This document shows, in pieces, positions 1 through 9,071 of a stretch of DNA of 64,000 bases. Position numbers and translations under genes: made by a program. The stretch is from Candidatus Multivoradales bacterium. GTDB lineage: Bacteria; Acidobacteriota; Thermoanaerobaculia; Multivoradales; JAHEKO01. The stretch spans positions 928,001 through 992,000 of the forward strand of contig CBDCVR010000014.1 of assembly GCA_965223155.1 (NCBI GenBank). The letters are read 5' to 3'. Below the pieces are notes generated by a model. The model was not told where the DNA came from, did no database searches, and saw nothing but the letters and a program-made list of their open reading frames with translations. Numbering within the stretch: position 1 is the first letter of the stretch; every line of letters starts with the position of its first letter.

Positions 1-220
1 CCATGGCGTAGCTCATGATCGCGAACATGAGGTCGTGCTTGCTGGCGAAGTGGTAGTAGAGGCCGGGCTTGGTCACCTTCGCCCGCTCGGCGATTACGTT
101 CATCGAGGTTCCGTCGTAGCCCAGCTCCAGAAAGACGTGCGCCGCCGTGCGCAAGATCTGCACCTTGCGCTCGTCGCCGCGAGCCGGTCTTCGCGGCAGC
201 TCCAGGATCGCCTTGTTCAC
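1..220 (-). CDS. TetR/AcrR-family transcriptional regulator (partial, runs off left edge)
   Basis: Manual minus-strand translation from GTG at 220 gives ...ERKVQILRTAAHVFLELGYDGTSMNVIAERAKVTKPGLYYHFASKHDL..., a classic TetR N-terminal HTH. Not in the ORF track. Confidence 0.9.
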   Translation of the reverse strand, partial: MNKAILELPRRPARGDERKVQILRTAAHVFLELGYDGTSMNVIAERAKVTKPGLYYHFASKHDLMFAIMSYAM

Positions 221-272
221 TCGCCCCACAATACCCGATCGAGGCTCGCCTAGCCTCCCAAGGGCAGCGCCA

Positions 273-1025
273 TCAGCCGCCTTGGGTGCCGTTTCCCGGC
301 TGGGCACCGGGCTGGGCATGGAAGCCGTCCGCTTCGAAGACCGGCCGCACCTCGCCGGTAACGCCCGGGAACACGGCCTTGAACGGAGTAGATTCTCCGG
401 GCCGCAGCACCCGATTCCCAACCAGGGCCGACTTCGTGGCGAGCTCGGCGCCGCCATCATCGAAGACGGTCACCGCCACCGTCACACCCACCGAGACCAG
501 CTCGCCGTCGTTGCGAAGCGTTCCGGTGACCGCCACCCCGGACACGGACGGGTCGAAAGCCTGGTTCCAACCGATCACTTCAAGAGGACCGGACTCGGAC
601 CGCCGGTTTCCGTTCGACTCGGAAGCCTCCAGCCCCCCGGCGTTTCCGTTCCGGTCCGCGGCGGCGCCACCCCGGTGCTCTCCCGGGTTCACGTGGCCGA
701 CGTCGGCATCAGTCAGGATGAAGGTCGCCTTGCGCCGCGGGGTCTCGACGGAGCCCCCGCCCGAATCCTCCGTCGTCTCGTCCCCGGAGGACTCCGCCTC
801 GGCCTCGGTCTCGGCCCGCTGGGCGGTCTCCGTCAACTCGCGGCTGGCTTCCAGATCGACTTCATCGAGGCGAACGGCCGCCAGGGTCCCACCGGGAGTC
901 GTGAACACGACCAGGGCGCCCTCGACCCGCCATGCGCCGTCGGTCTGGATACCGTGCCCGCCCCGAATCACCAGCCAATCGGCCCCGGCCGCCGCCGCGC
1001 CGAGCGCCGCTACGACCACCGCCAT
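273..1025 (-). CDS. Secreted protein with C-terminal FxLYD-like Ig domain
   Basis: Signal-like N-terminus (MAVVVAALGAAAAGA), acidic linker, C-terminal VTGTLRNDG...VTVFDDGGAEL...LRPGESTPF pattern. Directly downstream of pilY1. Start uncertain. Confidence 0.65.
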   Translation of the reverse strand: MAVVVAALGAAAAGADWLVIRGGHGIQTDGAWRVEGALVVFTTPGGTLAAVRLDEVDLEASRELTETAQRAETEAEAESSGDETTEDSGGGSVETPRRKATFILTDADVGHVNPGEHRGGAAADRNGNAGGLEASESNGNRRSESGPLEVIGWNQAFDPSVSGVAVTGTLRNDGELVSVGVTVAVTVFDDGGAELATKSALVGNRVLRPGESTPFKAVFPGVTGEVRPVFEADGFHAQPGAQPGNGTQGG

Positions 1026-1045
1026 CACCACCGATCGAGTACGGC

Positions 1046-4000
1046 CTAGAACTCCTTCCAGTTGCGATCGATAACACATACGGGCACCGGGACGATGCAC
1101 TGTACACCGTTCTCCGATTGAAGTGTCATCACGTTCAAGCTGTACTGAGCGAAGTCACACTCTGCTGGCATGTCGGCCATGAGTGAATTGCGCAGGGCCT
1201 GGAGTTCGTCGTCTGAGCAGGCGGTTTGGTCTTCGGGCGGCTGCGACGGATCCGTGGGCTTGCCCTTGGCGGCTCCGGCTGACTCGACAAAAGGTTGGGT
1301 CACGAAATCGGAGACCTGACGGAACCTGGCACCGTTCGAGCTGAGTCCGCCACCGTTGTCGGCAAACACCGAATACAGACGGCTGTCGCCCGACGAGCTG
1401 CACACCGCCGTGCCGCTCCCCGTCGTCGTCACCGGCAGGTAGGTCGAGAAGAACACCACACCGGAAAGTCCGAAGGACTTGGCCGCGACCCGCTCCTTGA
1501 GGTCCAGCTCGAGGACCCAGCCGGCCCGGAAACCCCGGGTCGTGTCCGGGTTCTCGATCAGATCCCGGTTGGGATCCACGTTGCGGTTCCGGCCGGCGTC
1601 GAACGATTCGAAGTCGCTCTCGTCCAGGGGCAGAGCCGCCACGTTGCCGACCTCACCGAAGCCGTCGTCGAGGATCATGTAGAAGCGTCCGCCCAGGAGA
1701 TCGTCGGACCAGAGGTCCTCGCGGTCGCCGGTACCAAAGGCCACCGCGTAGCGGGCCTGCTCCGGCACGAAGATCACCGAGGGAGGGAAGTAGATCGGCC
1801 GGCCACCGGTTCGGAAGATCGGAAAGGGATCCCAGGCAGCGTCCACGATGCGATCGACCCGGCGCGTCAGAGGCGGACTGCCGGTCGAGGGGTCGACCTC
1901 CGAATAGTCCCGGATCGGAACGTTGGCAACGATCTCTACCGGCTCACTGATGTCCACCTTGTATAGATAGCCAGCGGTGTTGCCGATGTAGATCGTGTCG
2001 AGATAGCTGTCCTGGTCGGTGTCGACCGCAGCCGGTTGGCTCGGAGCCGAGGCCGGCACCCGGGTACCGCTCGCATCAATCGCATCCAGGCTGCGCTTGT
2101 AGAGAAGCTGCCCGGTTTCGATGTCGACCATGAAGAGATAGTTGCCCTCGACCTCCGTGCCCACCGGGTTCTGCTTGAACTCGGGGTCCATGCCGCCGCC
2201 GAAGATCGCAACGTACCGGTCCTCGGTGACTACTTCACCGTTGACCACCCCGGTCTTGATTCGGACCCGGCCGGTGTTGGCCTGCGACCAGGTGAAGGCC
2301 AGGTCCGCCGCTCCATGGCCGGGAGTGCCCGGCGGGTCCTCGTCCCAGGTGTGGGTCCATTCCCACTTGATCTCCGGATACCGGCCACGACAGTTGGTCT
2401 CGGGATTGCCACCCGGTGCCGTCGCGTTGGTGCCGGAGCAACCCGGATAGAGGAGCGACGGATTGCTGGGCACCCCCTGATTGGGATCGATCGGATCCGG
2501 CCGGGTGACGTCCAGCGCGTAGTAGGCCTTGCCGCCCTCACGCAGCCCGCCCACGGCCACGGTGCGCCACTCCCGGTCCGCGGGATCCAGAGGATCGTTG
2601 GTGGTGAAGCTCGGATCGATGAGCACGTCATCCACCGTGACCGGACCGTCCACCGTGAACTGATGGCCGCTGCCCGCCGCCATCTCGCGAATCTTGGGCA
2701 TCACGCTACGCGGAACGTAGGCGAAGAGCTCGCGCCCGGAACCGACCGAGTACTCGACAATGCCGTCCGTGTTGCGACTCGCGGCACCTGCGTCGAAAGC
2801 GTGCAGAGCGCCCTCGTTGCTGCCCACCAGGACCACCCGTCGGCGCGACAACTGGTCGCGCACGAAGCACGGGTAGCGGGACGGATCGTCGTTCGATGCG
2901 CCGCAGGGCTCGGTCTGTCCCTCGAGGTCCTTGGCGAAGTAATCGAAGCGCCGGGGCTCGGCGATCACAGTGGGATCCGAGTGGAAGATGTCCGCCATCA
3001 CGTAGTCGACGGTCTCCTGAGCTCGGGTGATCGGATTCAGGATATCGGCCTGCTTTTCCTGCAAGAAGTACTTGACGATCTCCTCGCCATCCGCCTGGAA
3101 GTTCGGATCGCCCAGAGTCAGGCCGAAGCCCTGCGGACCGTACAGCTCGTCCTGGACCTGGCCGGGGCTCTTGGTCCGGAAGATCCTTCGGGTCTCGACC
3201 GCTCGGCCCGCGACCGGCTCGCCGTAGAAGACCCGCCGCAGACCGTTGCCGTTACCCAGCTTGAACGTGCCGGCGTCGAGCTCGGCCCGGGTCGGCGCCT
3301 GGACCAGCAGCTCCTTGGCGCCGTCCCAGGCCAGACAGTTGTCGGGATCGGCGCCCAGGCACGTCTTGCGGCGGTCGGCGACCACCTGGCCGCCAACGTC
3401 GACCAGGGGCACCGGCTTGATGTAGCCGTCCAGGCGACCGGGCCAGAGCGAAGTACCGTCCGCCGTCGGACTGAACTGGGTGAGATAGACGTTTTCCGCC
3501 GCCGAGCCGACCACCGAAGGCACCGCCGCGGTGGCGAACGTCCTGGATCGTTCCTGGACGTCGTCGATGATGGCGTTGAAGGCATCGATCAGGTCTTGCT
3601 GGTTGGTCGCCGTGTACGAGTAGACGCCGTCCGGAACGTCATCGCCATCAAGGTCGCGCTCGGGCGAGCCGCCCTCGCGGGCGATGTCCTCGAGCGCAGG
3701 GTTGTTGACCGCGAAGCCGATCACATAGACCGTGATTCCGGCCCGCGCCAGAGTCTGGGCCGCGGCGACCGGATCGGTATTGTTGCAGGTGTCGAAACCG
3801 TCGGTCATGAGCACGACGCTGACCTCGCGGCATCCGGAAGCCAGGGCGGGATCTTGAGCCTCGGCCAGCGGCCGCCAGGCATCGTGCCAGGCCTTGAAAT
3901 CGATCAGCGCCTCGCCCAGGGGCGTGGCGCCCCGAGCCAGGAACGGACGTGCGGCCGAGTCGCGCAGGCGGAAGTACGAGCCATTGGGAGGATCGGAACA

Positions 4001-4627
4001 GCCTCGGCACGCGGGATCCTCGAAGTAGCGGGCGATGCCGTAGTCTGGAACGGTCTCGCCGAGCGCCAAGTTGGGGGCGAGCCGGTCGCGGATCCGATCC
4101 AGGTTGTCCTCGGCCCAGTCGAGCGGAATCAGATCGCCGGTCGAGAGGCCGGAGGTCGTGGCGCCGGTCGGCCACTTGAAGGTGTAGTTGTCGTAGAGAT
4201 CAGAGCTCGAGTCGCTATTGAGCTCGATACCCTCGCACCACCGGCTCTCGGACTCGAGGTCTTCCGAGACGTAGAAGCCACCGGTGGTGGCCGCGATCCG
4301 GCGAACCCGCAGCCCGGTGTGGTTGGGAAACGTGGCAAAGCCGAAGTGGACGCCGCCGGTTCCCTGGAGCACACCGTCGAGCGCCTGCTTGGCGAGAAAG
4401 AGGCGCGACGACGGATCGTCGTCGATGCGGGCTGGCGTGGTCTCCGCCGTCAGAATCCATTCCATCGATCCAGTGGCGTCGAACAGGATGAAGAGATACG
4501 GCGAATCGGCCGCCGAGCGAAACAGATCGCGATCGTCGGCAGCTGCCGGCACCGGCAGAGCCAGGATCGCGCTCAGCGCCACAATCGCGGTGGTCAGAGC
4601 TGGAACATTAGATAGACGACGCTTCAT
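1046..4627 (-). CDS. pilY1: Type IV pilus tip adhesin PilY1/PilC
   Basis: Signal peptide from MKRRLSNV (RBS GAGGAAAG), vWA domain (LFDATGSM, TPL, LMTDG), beta-propeller motifs (DIFHSDP, GSNEGALHAFD, ELFAYVP, VDG), Ca-loop DTDQDSYLD, VAFGTGD. Last large gene of a minor-pilin operon. Confidence 0.9.
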   Translation of the reverse strand: MKRRLSNVPALTTAIVALSAILALPVPAAADDRDLFRSAADSPYLFILFDATGSMEWILTAETTPARIDDDPSSRLFLAKQALDGVLQGTGGVHFGFATFPNHTGLRVRRIAATTGGFYVSEDLESESRWCEGIELNSDSSSDLYDNYTFKWPTGATTSGLSTGDLIPLDWAEDNLDRIRDRLAPNLALGETVPDYGIARYFEDPACRGCSDPPNGSYFRLRDSAARPFLARGATPLGEALIDFKAWHDAWRPLAEAQDPALASGCREVSVVLMTDGFDTCNNTDPVAAAQTLARAGITVYVIGFAVNNPALEDIAREGGSPERDLDGDDVPDGVYSYTATNQQDLIDAFNAIIDDVQERSRTFATAAVPSVVGSAAENVYLTQFSPTADGTSLWPGRLDGYIKPVPLVDVGGQVVADRRKTCLGADPDNCLAWDGAKELLVQAPTRAELDAGTFKLGNGNGLRRVFYGEPVAGRAVETRRIFRTKSPGQVQDELYGPQGFGLTLGDPNFQADGEEIVKYFLQEKQADILNPITRAQETVDYVMADIFHSDPTVIAEPRRFDYFAKDLEGQTEPCGASNDDPSRYPCFVRDQLSRRRVVLVGSNEGALHAFDAGAASRNTDGIVEYSVGSGRELFAYVPRSVMPKIREMAAGSGHQFTVDGPVTVDDVLIDPSFTTNDPLDPADREWRTVAVGGLREGGKAYYALDVTRPDPIDPNQGVPSNPSLLYPGCSGTNATAPGGNPETNCRGRYPEIKWEWTHTWDEDPPGTPGHGAADLAFTWSQANTGRVRIKTGVVNGEVVTEDRYVAIFGGGMDPEFKQNPVGTEVEGNYLFMVDIETGQLLYKRSLDAIDASGTRVPASAPSQPAAVDTDQDSYLDTIYIGNTAGYLYKVDISEPVEIVANVPIRDYSEVDPSTGSPPLTRRVDRIVDAAWDPFPIFRTGGRPIYFPPSVIFVPEQARYAVAFGTGDREDLWSDDLLGGRFYMILDDGFGEVGNVAALPLDESDFESFDAGRNRNVDPNRDLIENPDTTRGFRAGWVLELDLKERVAAKSFGLSGVVFFSTYLPVTTTGSGTAVCSSSGDSRLYSVFADNGGGLSSNGARFRQVSDFVTQPFVESAGAAKGKPTDPSQPPEDQTACSDDELQALRNSLMADMPAECDFAQYSLNVMTLQSENGVQCIVPVPVCVIDRNWKEF

Positions 4628-4673
4628 GGTCTCTTTCCTCGTAGTCTCGACGCGCAGTTCGCCCTCGAGACGA

Positions 4674-5270
4674 TCAATACCGAACCTTGAACTCATCGGG
4701 AACGGGCTGGAAAATCTCCTCGCGAAAGACCGCGTCCCACGGCTGGAGCTCGACCATCAAACTGACCGAGCGGCGGGATACGACCTGAGCGTTGGCCGGC
4801 GGCGGCCCGGCGCCCGTCCAACCGACCCGCTCCGAGGTCGCGGACACCGCGTGATTCACCATCTGCTTGCGTTGCGGGCCCTGATTGATCTCGCAGTACG
4901 CACACGGCCCGGCCTGGATCGCCATGAACGGAGACACGTTGACCCGGTTCGCGAGGTGGTAGTCCTGCTCCCGATTCTCCTGATTCATGCGAAAGGTGAA
5001 CCGCTCCTGGCCGCTCCGCGTGAGCGCCCGAGCGGTGCCGATGGCGACGCCGGAATCGGCCGAATAGAAGGTCTGCTCGATCGCCTGCTCGGCCTTCGAG
5101 ATCTGAAGCTCGGTCTGCGTCACCACCGACAGCGACAGCCCCAGAACCATGATGATGACGAGGGCCATGAGCGAGATGAGATAGGCGCTGCCCTCCTGCC
5201 GCCGCAGGCGGACCCGCCGGGGCGCACCGCGCGCTGGGATCGTCGAATCGGAAGTGAACGTCTTGGTCAT
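4674..5270 (-). CDS. pilX: PilX-like minor pilin
   Basis: RRQEG|SAYLISLMALVIIMVLGLS...QTFYSADSG is the PilX N-terminal pattern lacking Glu5. Located between pilW and pilY1. Confidence 0.8.
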   Translation of the reverse strand: MTKTFTSDSTIPARGAPRRVRLRRQEGSAYLISLMALVIIMVLGLSLSVVTQTELQISKAEQAIEQTFYSADSGVAIGTARALTRSGQERFTFRMNQENREQDYHLANRVNVSPFMAIQAGPCAYCEINQGPQRKQMVNHAVSATSERVGWTGAGPPPANAQVVSRRSVSLMVELQPWDAVFREEIFQPVPDEFKVRY

Positions 5271-5272
5271 GA

Positions 5273-6544
5273 TCAGAGGTTCCTGAAGTCGATGACCGAC
5301 CGAATCTGGCGCCGCCGGAAACGGCGGTCGCGCACGTCGCGGGCTGGGGGTGTCGCGGGTTCGTTCCAGAGGTGGTCCTCGATACGGTCGATCGGCGGCG
5401 CGATGAACTTGACGTCGGTCCGATCGGTTCGCACCAGAGCCGTCAGCCGGAGCAGCTCCAGGCGTCCTCCCGAGTTCCATACCCAACCGCGCGGATCGTT
5501 GGGGTCGTCGAGCACGTCATTTTCGTCGTTGAAGAGCCACTCATCCGAGGCCAGCTGGGAGGCGTCTGTTCCTTCTTCTAACTGACCGTCACGGTCCAGA
5601 TCGATGCCGAGAGCGATCTGCAGATCCAGGACATTGTCGGCAATGTCCTCTTGGGCGTACCGGTTCGAGGGGTGTACGACCTGGGTTCCCGGATAGAAGC
5701 GGGCGCGACTCAGACGCGGCGTTTGCAGGCTGGCTGGGTTGGAGGGATCGATCGACGACTTGCGCACGTAGTACCGATACTCTTCGAGCACGCCGACGTA
5801 GGCCGCCGAGGTCATCTGAGCCGGAAACGCAGCATCCGGCATCAGCTGCAAGTAGTCACTCTGCCGGGTGCCTCCGGAGCGCGTGAAGCTCAGGGTCACG
5901 CCGCGCACTTCACCGCTCGAGGGATCCCGATCGACGTTGCCACCGGTGAGCTCGACCACGGAATAGAGAGACGAGCCCATCGGACTGACCAGGATCAGCG
6001 CTTCGGGATCGGAGGTCGCGTCGTCCACGGCGTCGGCCAACGGACCGATGTCCTGAACCACCCCCATCGCGCTCAAAGCGCCAACCGTGATCTGGTTGTT
6101 GGCAAAGCCGGTCGTGGAGATCTCGCTTTGGTAGACCGACCCGAAGAGGACACCGCGGACGGTCAGAACGTCGGTACCTTCCACGATCTCGGGCGTCCCG
6201 GCACCACCGATGGCGCTCCCCGCCGGGACATTGTTGGTGACCGCTATCGCCGCTCCCTCGGGCAGCAGGTGCCCGCCGAAGCCCGGGCTCGGCGCCAGCG
6301 AGGCAGGCAAGCCGCCGCGCCCGGCCATGCGCGCGTAGCGCTGCGTGTCGTACAGGGCGATTCGCAGATTCTGCTGCATGTCCGAGACGTCGGTCTGGGT
6401 CTTGGCGATCTTGCCGCTGGCCTGAAACAGGGTCAGGACGCCGGCCATCACCAAAACCGTGATGGTCAGGGACACCAGCATCTCGAGTAGGCTGAATCCC
6501 GCCCCTCGGGGAGATCCGATTTCTTGTCTTCGGGCTCGCTTCAT
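5273..6544 (-). CDS. pilW: PilW-like minor pilin
   Basis: Class III signal G|FSLLEMLVSL, then DMQQNLR...ARMAG, and IADNVLDLQI near the C-terminus. Confidence 0.85.
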   Translation of the reverse strand: MKRARRQEIGSPRGAGFSLLEMLVSLTITVLVMAGVLTLFQASGKIAKTQTDVSDMQQNLRIALYDTQRYARMAGRGGLPASLAPSPGFGGHLLPEGAAIAVTNNVPAGSAIGGAGTPEIVEGTDVLTVRGVLFGSVYQSEISTTGFANNQITVGALSAMGVVQDIGPLADAVDDATSDPEALILVSPMGSSLYSVVELTGGNVDRDPSSGEVRGVTLSFTRSGGTRQSDYLQLMPDAAFPAQMTSAAYVGVLEEYRYYVRKSSIDPSNPASLQTPRLSRARFYPGTQVVHPSNRYAQEDIADNVLDLQIALGIDLDRDGQLEEGTDASQLASDEWLFNDENDVLDDPNDPRGWVWNSGGRLELLRLTALVRTDRTDVKFIAPPIDRIEDHLWNEPATPPARDVRDRRFRRRQIRSVIDFRNL

Positions 6545-6546
6545 GG

Positions 6547-7131
6547 CTAGTTCGACTTCACCAGGTTGATCGTCACCTTCCTGGGCCTGCCCATGGAGGC
6601 GATGTTGGAGCGCTTCTCGACTTCGATCAGGACCTGCTTCAGATGAACGTTCGACGAGTCCGCCGAGGCGTCCAGCGCATCCAGGTTCGCGGCGGCAACG
6701 TCGGTCACCAGCTCACCGTCATCGATCGCCGAAATGTGAAACTGGCGCACGGTCACGGTCCGTAACCAGGAGTAGGAGGCGTTCGCCGGCGGATCTGGAG
6801 TCGTGTACGCCTGCCAGGTCTTGGTGCTGTTGTCCAGATATGAAGTGGTCGCTAGCTCGGTGCCGGCTCCCACGGTAAGGCGGGCGTCGTCGAACGGAAT
6901 CTGCACGTACTCTTCCATCGTCGCCCGCGCCAGCGCGTTGGCCGCGGTGACGTCGCGGCTCTGCATGTTGCTGATCGTGGCGCGGCTGAAGATGGGGAGA
7001 ACTCCCAGGATCATGACCAGGAGAAAGGTGCTCGCCACCAGCACCTCGAGCAGCGAGAAGCCGCGGTTCGCGGCTCGGACGGGACGGTCCAGTCGGTCCG
7101 CTTCGAGGTCGGTCGAAGGAATACGGTGCAT
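6547..7131 (-). CDS. pilV: PilV-like minor pilin
   Basis: Prepilin motif RG|FSLLEVLVA followed by a hydrophobic helix and A..LA...MEE. Located between fimT and pilW. Confidence 0.8.
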   Translation of the reverse strand: MHRIPSTDLEADRLDRPVRAANRGFSLLEVLVASTFLLVMILGVLPIFSRATISNMQSRDVTAANALARATMEEYVQIPFDDARLTVGAGTELATTSYLDNSTKTWQAYTTPDPPANASYSWLRTVTVRQFHISAIDDGELVTDVAAANLDALDASADSSNVHLKQVLIEVEKRSNIASMGRPRKVTINLVKSN

Positions 7132-7142
7132 CACGTCCTCGC

Positions 7143-7766
7143 TCAGTACCAGACCCATGGGGTGGGTGCCTGATCGCGCCGGTAGAACCTGCCATCGACG
7201 CTGAAGTACTTGCGCACTTGGACCCGGCCGACGGCTCGCGGCTCGACTCGAACTTCCAGGAAGTTCCTGGCGCGCGCCGGATCCGGATGGTCCGCCAGCC
7301 GGTAGGCACCGGTCTCGGCCACGGAACCGTCCTGCTGAAAATGAACGCGGCTGTCGGGCGCGAAACCAACGACGGGGACCGGGTCGGATGGCGGCGCCAC
7401 CGGATAGACCCCGGCACCGAGGGTCGTGCGCATGATCAGAGTTTCGGTGCCTTGATCCCAGATACCGTCATCGTCGCTGTCCACCCAAGCCTGAAGAAGC
7501 CGGTACTCAGAATGGCTCGGATCGGTGGTGGTGCCAAGCAGAAATACGGTCGGCTCCTGGGTCTTGAGAGCCTGGTACCGAGCTTGGCGCATGGCCGCCT
7601 GGATCTCCTGCACGGTCCCCGACATCCGGGTACGGCTAAAGAACTTCTGGATCGCCGGTCCCGACCACACGATGACGATGCCGAGAAGGGCCAGCACCAC
7701 AAGGAGCTCGAGCAGGCTGAACCCGCTCGGGCGCTTTCCATCGTGTGGCGATCGGCTTCGTATCAT
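7143..7766 (-). CDS. fimT: FimT/GspH-family pseudopilin
   Basis: SG|FSLLELLVVLALLGI, QARYQALK, and FQQDG near the C-terminus. ATG at 7766 with GGAG RBS. Confidence 0.8.
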   Translation of the reverse strand: MIRSRSPHDGKRPSGFSLLELLVVLALLGIVIVWSGPAIQKFFSRTRMSGTVQEIQAAMRQARYQALKTQEPTVFLLGTTTDPSHSEYRLLQAWVDSDDDGIWDQGTETLIMRTTLGAGVYPVAPPSDPVPVVGFAPDSRVHFQQDGSVAETGAYRLADHPDPARARNFLEVRVEPRAVGRVQVRKYFSVDGRFYRRDQAPTPWVWY

Positions 7767-7791
7767 CTTGCGCTCCGGGCGCTTGCTGAAG

Positions 7792-7808
7792 ATCAAGCTA
7801 CGTGCCAA
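7792..7808 (-). promoter_or_regulatory. Putative sigma-54 (-24/-12) promoter of the minor-pilin operon
   Basis: Minus strand reads TTGGCACGTAGCTTGAT versus consensus YTGGCACG-N4-TTGCW (GC->GA at -12), about 25 nt upstream of the fimT ATG. Confidence 0.55.
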
Positions 7809-7977
7809 CCGTTCGCTGGTCGCGCGAAGCCATGTAACTGCAAGAAAGCAAAAGGCTTTCAGGAACTCAACTGGCGCGGCGGGAGATCTCCGGGAAGGCG
7901 ACATGCTACCTATCGTAGCAATTGTGCACAGCCCCCTCGCGCTTGGCGCGGCGTCACGGCCGCGCGGATCCAGGCGC

Positions 7978-8175
7978 TCAGCCGAACCCCGAACCGCAAC
8001 CGCCCGCCGACGCGGCGCTTTCGGAGCTGCCGCGACTGGCAAAGGTCGAAACCATCTTCGAGAGCTTCGGGCTGCGGCAGTAGATGCAGACCAGCCTCTC
8101 CGCCGTCTCTCCCAGGTTCTGCAAAACCTCGAAGTCCCGGCCACATTCCTCGCAGCGATACTCGTAGAGCGGCAT
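7978..8175 (-). CDS. FmdB-family zinc-ribbon protein; possible selenoprotein extending to 7954
   Basis: MPLYEYRCEECG...CIYC; Gly/Ser tail GGCGSGFG ends at TGA, followed by a SECIS-like hairpin. Confidence 0.9.
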   Translation of the reverse strand: MPLYEYRCEECGRDFEVLQNLGETAERLVCIYCRSPKLSKMVSTFASRGSSESAASAGGCGSGFG

Positions 8176-8313
8176 GGATCTCCTTCGGTCCCCATCTTAC
8201 GCTTCCTCGACACACCGCGGTAGCGCCCAACCTGGCGGTTTGTGTGAGCAGCAGCGCCAAGCCTGAAACAGAATTTCGTGCGTCTGCGTAGTACAGCTTG
8301 AGGAGAGAACATC

Positions 8314-9030
8314 ATGGCTCAAGCAGATCCTTGGACTCGCTGGCTCGACGCCGTCTTCGGCGTCTTCTATCGCGCCCGGCCCTACCTCAACGCGCTCTAC
8401 CTCCTGGCGGCTCTTCCGCTCGGCGTGGCCTATTTCGTGTTCTTGATCACCGGCTGGGCGCTGGGGCTCGGCCTGATGATCGTGTGGGTCGGGTTCCTCA
8501 TCCTCGCCGCCGTCGTGCTGCTGAGCTTCGGCATCTCGTGGTTCGAGCGGCTGCTGGCGATCCATCTGCTGGGAGCCCGAGTCGGACCGATCGCGGCCTC
8601 GCCCGCGGGCCTCGGCGGAATCGCAAGCCGTGCCGAAGGTCAGAACGAGACCGGCTCGAAAGAGACGGAAGGCTTTCTCAACCAAGCCAAAGCCTTCTTG
8701 ACCAACAAGGTGACTTGGACCGGCATGATGTTCCTCTTCCTCAAGTTTCCGCTCGGCGTCGTCTCGTTCGTGATGACCGTGGTCGGCTTCGCGGTAAGCG
8801 GTACCCTTCTTGCGGCCCCGATCTACTTTCGTTGGGATCCACCCACGATCGGCTGGTTCGGCACCTGGTGGGTCGTCGACACCCTGCCCGAGGCCCTGCT
8901 CTGCTCGCTGGTGGGCCTCGTCTTTCTGATCGCCAGCCTGCATCTGGTGAACGCGTTGGCTTGGGTGTGGCGATTCCTGGCGGAAGCGCTCCTGGGACAC
9001 GGTCCCGAACCGGTACCGGCCGAAGCCTGA
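8314..9030 (+). CDS. Putative sensor-domain membrane protein (PF13796-like)
   Basis: YLLAALPLG..YF...GL.L...WVG pattern, FER.L, TW..FL.LKFPLG; four TM segments; GAGGAG RBS. Confidence 0.8.
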   Translation: MAQADPWTRWLDAVFGVFYRARPYLNALYLLAALPLGVAYFVFLITGWALGLGLMIVWVGFLILAAVVLLSFGISWFERLLAIHLLGARVGPIAASPAGLGGIASRAEGQNETGSKETEGFLNQAKAFLTNKVTWTGMMFLFLKFPLGVVSFVMTVVGFAVSGTLLAAPIYFRWDPPTIGWFGTWWVVDTLPEALLCSLVGLVFLIASLHLVNALAWVWRFLAEALLGHGPEPVPAEA

Positions 9031-9071
9031 TCGCCTGAGGCTCCAGCCCAGGTGACTCGGATCGCCAAGAC

